Assembly: GCF_009914755.1 (NCBI RefSeq)
Contig: NC_060943.1
From: the human T2T-CHM13v2.0 reference genome, Homo sapiens
Length of the DNA stretch: 64,000 nucleotides
Strand: one strand, 5' to 3'
Below are positions 58,156 through 64,000 of this stretch, piece by piece. Below the pieces are notes generated by a model, which ran no database searches, was not told the origin of the DNA, and saw only the letters and a list, made by a program, of their open reading frames with translations. The position numbers and the translations under genes are program-made. Within the stretch, counting starts at the first letter, position 1; the number at the start of each line of letters is the position of its first letter.

Positions 58156-61100
58156 CGAGGCCCAGGGCCCCTGGCCCCATCTACCTTCACTGCATCAGAG
58201 CCCAGGGTAACTCTACTAGCAGCAGGTAAGCCGATCTCTTTTTTAAATCAATACTGGGGCCACCTACTCAACTATGCCTGAATTCTCAGGACCAACTCAT
58301 CCCTCCCAGGTCTCAGTTGTAGGGGTTAATGGACTCATCTCGAGTCCACGCACCACCAAGCCTCTTACCTGTTCCCTATTTCATACCGTTTTCTCACACC
58401 CTTTTCTTATCATGCCCTGTTACCCTAACCCCATCCTAGGCAGAAACCTCCTAACCAAATTAAAGGCTTCCATTACCTTCCTCTGTTCCCCACAACCAGA
58501 CTCTCACCTACTCCTTTCTGCTACTGAACCAGCCCTGGGCCCCTCTCCCCAGTATCCACTCTCCTCTTCTCTGGTTAATACAATAGTGTGGGATACTACT
58601 ACCCCTTCCCTAGCTACACACCACGATCCTATCAAAATCCAGCTAAAAGACGCCTCCAAATTCCCTAACATCTCTCAATATCCCATCTCAGTAGCTCATC
58701 AAAAAGGCTTACAGCCCATCATAAACAAACTCCTTTTGCGCAGCCTTCTCAGTCCAACTCATTCTCCATATAATACCCCCATAATTCCTGTTAAGAAGGC
58801 AAATGGCTCCTATCAACTAGTCCAAGACCTCTAGGCTATCAATCAGGCAGTCCTTCCCATCCACCCAATAGTTCCCAACCCTTATACACTCCTTTCCCTT
58901 ATCCCTTCCAACACAACCTACTACACTGCCATTGATCTGAAAGATGCCTTTTTTGCTATTCCCTTTCACCCTGACTCCCGAGATCTTCTTACTTTCACCT
59001 GGACTGACCCTGAAACCCTCCAGTCTCAACAACTTACTTGGAAAGTCCTCCCTCAAGGCTTTAGAGATAGTCCCCATTTCTTTGGGCAAGCTCTGGCCCA
59101 AGACCTCACATCGCTAAACCTCTCCCCTTGCTGGCTCCTTCAGTATGTGGATGACCTCCTCCTCTGCAGCCCCTCCCTAAAAGACTCTCAAACCCACACT
59201 ACTGCCCTTCTAAACTTCCTTGCTGATAAAGAATATAGGGTTTCCCCCTCTAAGGCACAACTCTCCACCCCAACAGTAACTTAGGAGTCCAACTCTCCCT
59301 CAGAGCCCAAGCCATGACCCCAGCACGGGAGATAGACAGTCTACGTCCACCCTTCTCCAAAAGAGAAATCCTTTCTTTCTTAGAACTAGCAAGATCCCTA
59401 ATTTTGCCCTCCTAGCCTGCCCTCTTTATGAGGCAGCCAAAGGCCCTCCAAATGAGCCCCTAAATCCTTCACACAACATAATCCCCAGCTTCCTCAAACT
59501 AAAGGCAGCTCTTGTAACTGCTTCTGCTCTATCTTTGCCCAACATCTCTCAGCCTTTCACCCTCTACACAGCTGAAAACCATGGAATAGCCCTTGGCGTC
59601 CTCGGTCAACAAAAAGGAAGTCCTCCTTCCTTCACTCCTATAGCTTACCTTTCTAAACAACTAAACAACACCATCTGAGGATGGCCAGCCTGCCTCAGAG
59701 TCCTAGCAGCAGCCACCATGCTAGCTTTAGAAAGCAAAAAGCTAACATTCAGCCAAGACATCACCATATATAGCCCACATAATCTACAAGATCTTCTCTC
59801 CTCCCAAGTACTGAGCACCTTTTCTCCTTCCCACATCCAACTACTCCATGCTCTTTTTCTTGAGAATCCTGAATTCTGCCTCTCCAAAAATGCTCCCCTC
59901 AGTCCTGCATCTCTACCTCCAGTGTCTTCCTCTTCTCCCATCCACTCCTGTACTGAAATCCTTGATCACCTGCTGCATCATTTTCCCAATATCTCCCCGG
60001 AACCTCTTCTTGATCCTGATGACCAGTTATTTATAGATGGCTCCTCCTCCAAGTCCGTCAATTCCAATAAAATTGCTGGATATGCTTGACAGAGTAGTTA
60101 AAGCTAAGCCCCTACCCCCTGGAACCTCCTCCCAAAAGGCAGAACTCATAGCTCTCACTAGGGCCCTAACCCTCTCAAAAGGCAAACGGGTCAACATTTT
60201 TACAGACTCTAATTATACCGATCACATTCTTCATTCTCGCACCACCATCTGGCAGAAAAGAGATTCCTTACTGCCAAAGGAACCCCCGTTAAAAACGGCC
60301 CCCTTATTTACCAGCTCCTCCAGGCTGCATGCCTCCCAACTTAGGCAGGGGTTATATACTGTCAGGGACGTGAAACAGTATGAGACAAAATATCAAAAAG
60401 GGAATAGAAAAGCCAACGAGGCTGCAAAAGAAGCCTCCCTCTCATCAGCCCCTGCCCCTGTCCTCCTTGTTACCCCAGCAATCCAACCCAGGTACTCCCC
60501 CACCAAGAAGGCTTTGCTACTACAGCAAGAAGCCTCCTTTCAAGGGGACTGGATAATCAAAAGTCAAAAGCTCATCCTCCCCCAAGAACAAACCAAATAA
60601 ATTCTAACATCTCTTCACCAATCCTTCCATATCGGTGCACACTTCCTGTACCTACTCCTTTGCCCTTATTTCTCCTCCCCCCACCTATTCATCTCACTAA
60701 GACACATAACCTCAAACTGTCATATATGCTCTGTTACTTCCTCCCAAGGGGCCCTCCGCTCTCCTCCTATTCCTACACATCAGCTCAGAGGAACACTCCC
60801 AGAGGAGGACTGACAGGTAGACTTCACCCACATGCCTCCCGTCAAGAAGACAAAATTTCTTCTTACTCTTATAGACACCTTCTCTGGGTGGGTAGAGGCA
60901 TTACGTACCTCTTCAGAAAAGGCCGCAGTAGTCTCTCAAATCCTTACAACAGAAATCATCCCTATATTTGGTCTCCCTCACTCCATACAATCAGACAATG
61001 GCCCTAGCTTCATCTCCCAGATCATCCAACAGGTTTTTCAGTCCCTTGGCGTCCAGAGGTGCTTCCGTATCCCATAATGGCCCCAGTCATCCAGAAAAGT

Positions 61101-61650
61101 CAGAAGGGCAAATGGGATCCTTCAGGCTCAGTTAACCAAACTCAAGCTTAAAGTCCAAAAACCATGGACCTCCCTTTTGCCCATAGCACTGGCCTGCATC
61201 AGAGCAAGTCCGAAATCACCCTTCTTCCTTAGCCCATTTGAGTTAATGTATGGACGCCCTTTCCTCTTACAAAACAGGCCTCCTCTCGACTCCCAGCTAG
61301 GAGAATATCTCCCAACCTTCTCCCTTATCCGTCATCTCCTCTGTGAATGATCAAGCCCTCCCAAAACCCCACAAAGGCCCCACTGACTGGACTCTCCTAC
61401 CAGGAAAGTATGTCTTCCTAAAAACTCTTAACCCAACAAGGCTAAAACCAAGGTGGGAAGGCCCTTTTCAAATTATCCTTACAACCCCCACTGCAGCCAA
61501 ACTCAGGACATGCCTCTTGGTACCATCTTTCCAGAGTAAAAAGGGCTCCTGCAGTGCCTACTGAACCACAGACTGTCCTCCACCAATCCTCCAGCACCCT
61601 CCTTTGTCCAACCAAACTCTGCCTGACGCCCATCCCTGAAGAAGGCCCAC
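58156..61650 (+). pseudogene. ERV pro-pol, disrupted
   Basis: Protease NTGA (D>N), RT LPQG and YVDD (59144-59155), RNase H FIDGSS and AELIALTRAL, IN VDFTHMP, DTFSGWVEA, IQSDNGPSF, WEGPF. Confidence 0.9.
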
Positions 61651-61699
61651 GAGCGGTAACTCTTTTACATATCACTTCTGCCCCTGCTACAGATGCCAA

Positions 61700-62869
61700 G
61701 GTCCTCGTGACAAGGAACAGCCTCACCCTACAGCATACCAAATATTAGAATCCCTCTCTTCTCTCCCCATTTCCACATGAGGAAAAGTCTTAACCCACCT
61801 ATACCTTGCCCATCTGCAAGGAGAATTTGACCATCCATGGGACGCTATCAGCCACCTCATAGACCCCCTAGAAGAAGCCACCTCCCTGTATGGATCCTAC
61901 CAGCTCCTCTCTCCAACAACAGATTCTGATTCTTCCTCAGATTCCTAATTCTTTTGACAGCCAGCCCCATGGCCTCTACCTCCTCAGGGTCCCTTCTCAC
62001 TTCTACAAGTCTCGAATGATCTCTCAACCTCACTCACTTTTTGTTACTGTGCTCCAATTCAACATTTGCTTCCAGTTTCTGGACCTATTTTTGCCTTTCC
62101 TCTACTGCCTACTCAGCTATCCCAATTTCTTAGCCCTGAGACCATTTTCCCATTCACTTCTCTTACAACATCCAAAAGGGACCTGCCTTTGTAGACAGAG
62201 CCCTCACTCTCACTGGAAACTATCCCACTGCCCTCACTGACAGAGCTACCAAGCTCCTCTTCAATCTATATTGCCAACTATGATGACTCAAAACTCCCAT
62301 ACCCCACCATCCAAGGTCTCATAACTCTCCATACCACAAGACTTGGCCAAGCCCCCTTATGCATCACCTCTTCCAATGGACACGTACACGTAGGCACCCT
62401 CCTTCCCTCTGCCTGTAACTCAACCCGAACCATCTCTCACCCTTCCTCCCATATCTCACTCTGAGTGGATTATTCAGTCTCCCCTGAAGTCAACGGTCTC
62501 TTTACTCAGCCCTTCTGCATTTCCTCCCTCCCACCTCTCAAACATGGAAACCCCTTCCTTGGACAGGAGTGCTCAAAGGGGTTTCTGTCTCTTTCTCACT
62601 CTGGGTTGCTGAAGCTGAGCCAAGTCCCTCCAAGTGGGGAACCTACAAACTGCAACACCTACTCTCAATCCACCTGTCTGTTTGCATAAATACCTCAGGC
62701 ATCTTCTTTCTCTGCGGGTCCACAACATACTTCTGTCTCCTTACTAACTGGACAGGCACTTGCGCCCTAGTCTGCCTTACTCCCAACATTAACATTGTCC
62801 TTTCAAACCAGGAACTCCCTGTTCCAGCTACAATACATACCCACTCAAAAAGAACAATACAGTTGATTC

Positions 62870-62872
<3 letters not shown>
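61700..62872 (+). pseudogene. ERV env SU remnant, truncated at the SU/TM boundary
   Basis: GIFFLCGSTTYFCLLTNWTGTCALVCLTPNINIV...HSKR|TIQLIP, then an abrupt switch to L1 sequence. No TM and no 3' LTR. Confidence 0.75.
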
Positions 62873-63970
<1,098 letters not shown>

Positions 63971-64000
63971 AAAGAAAAAATATCCCTGGATGGCAGAGTG

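Overview
Primate (human-like) genomic DNA from the chr19p KRAB zinc-finger (ZNF91-subfamily) cluster. From left to right it contains: (1) the terminal zinc-finger exon of ZNF253; (2) two nested, decapitated ERV1 proviruses (HERV-E/Harlequin-like env plus LTR2, inside HERV-I-like env plus LTR10); (3) the complete four-exon ZNF93 gene (ATG 12823, stop 46552, 620 aa), with a BNIP3 processed pseudogene in intron 1 and a full-length antisense L1PA (about L1PA5) plus an LTR13 solo LTR in intron 3; (4) an inverted, zinc-finger-less KRAB paralog fused tail-to-tail to the ZNF93 finger exon, interrupted by a tRNA-Phe-primed (HERV-F/Fc-like) provirus. Two observations stand out. First, ZNF93, the known repressor of L1PA3-6, carries in its own intron a full-length L1 that still has the roughly 129-bp 5'UTR segment containing the ZNF93 site, which is a candidate autoregulatory circuit. 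Second, the ZNF93 finger array is broken mid-finger, and its 3'UTR and first poly(A) signal come from an inverted copy of intron-3-type sequence, forming a multi-kb inverted repeat around the gene. Gene and repeat names come from recognising the sequence, not from database searches. Repeat boundaries are approximate.
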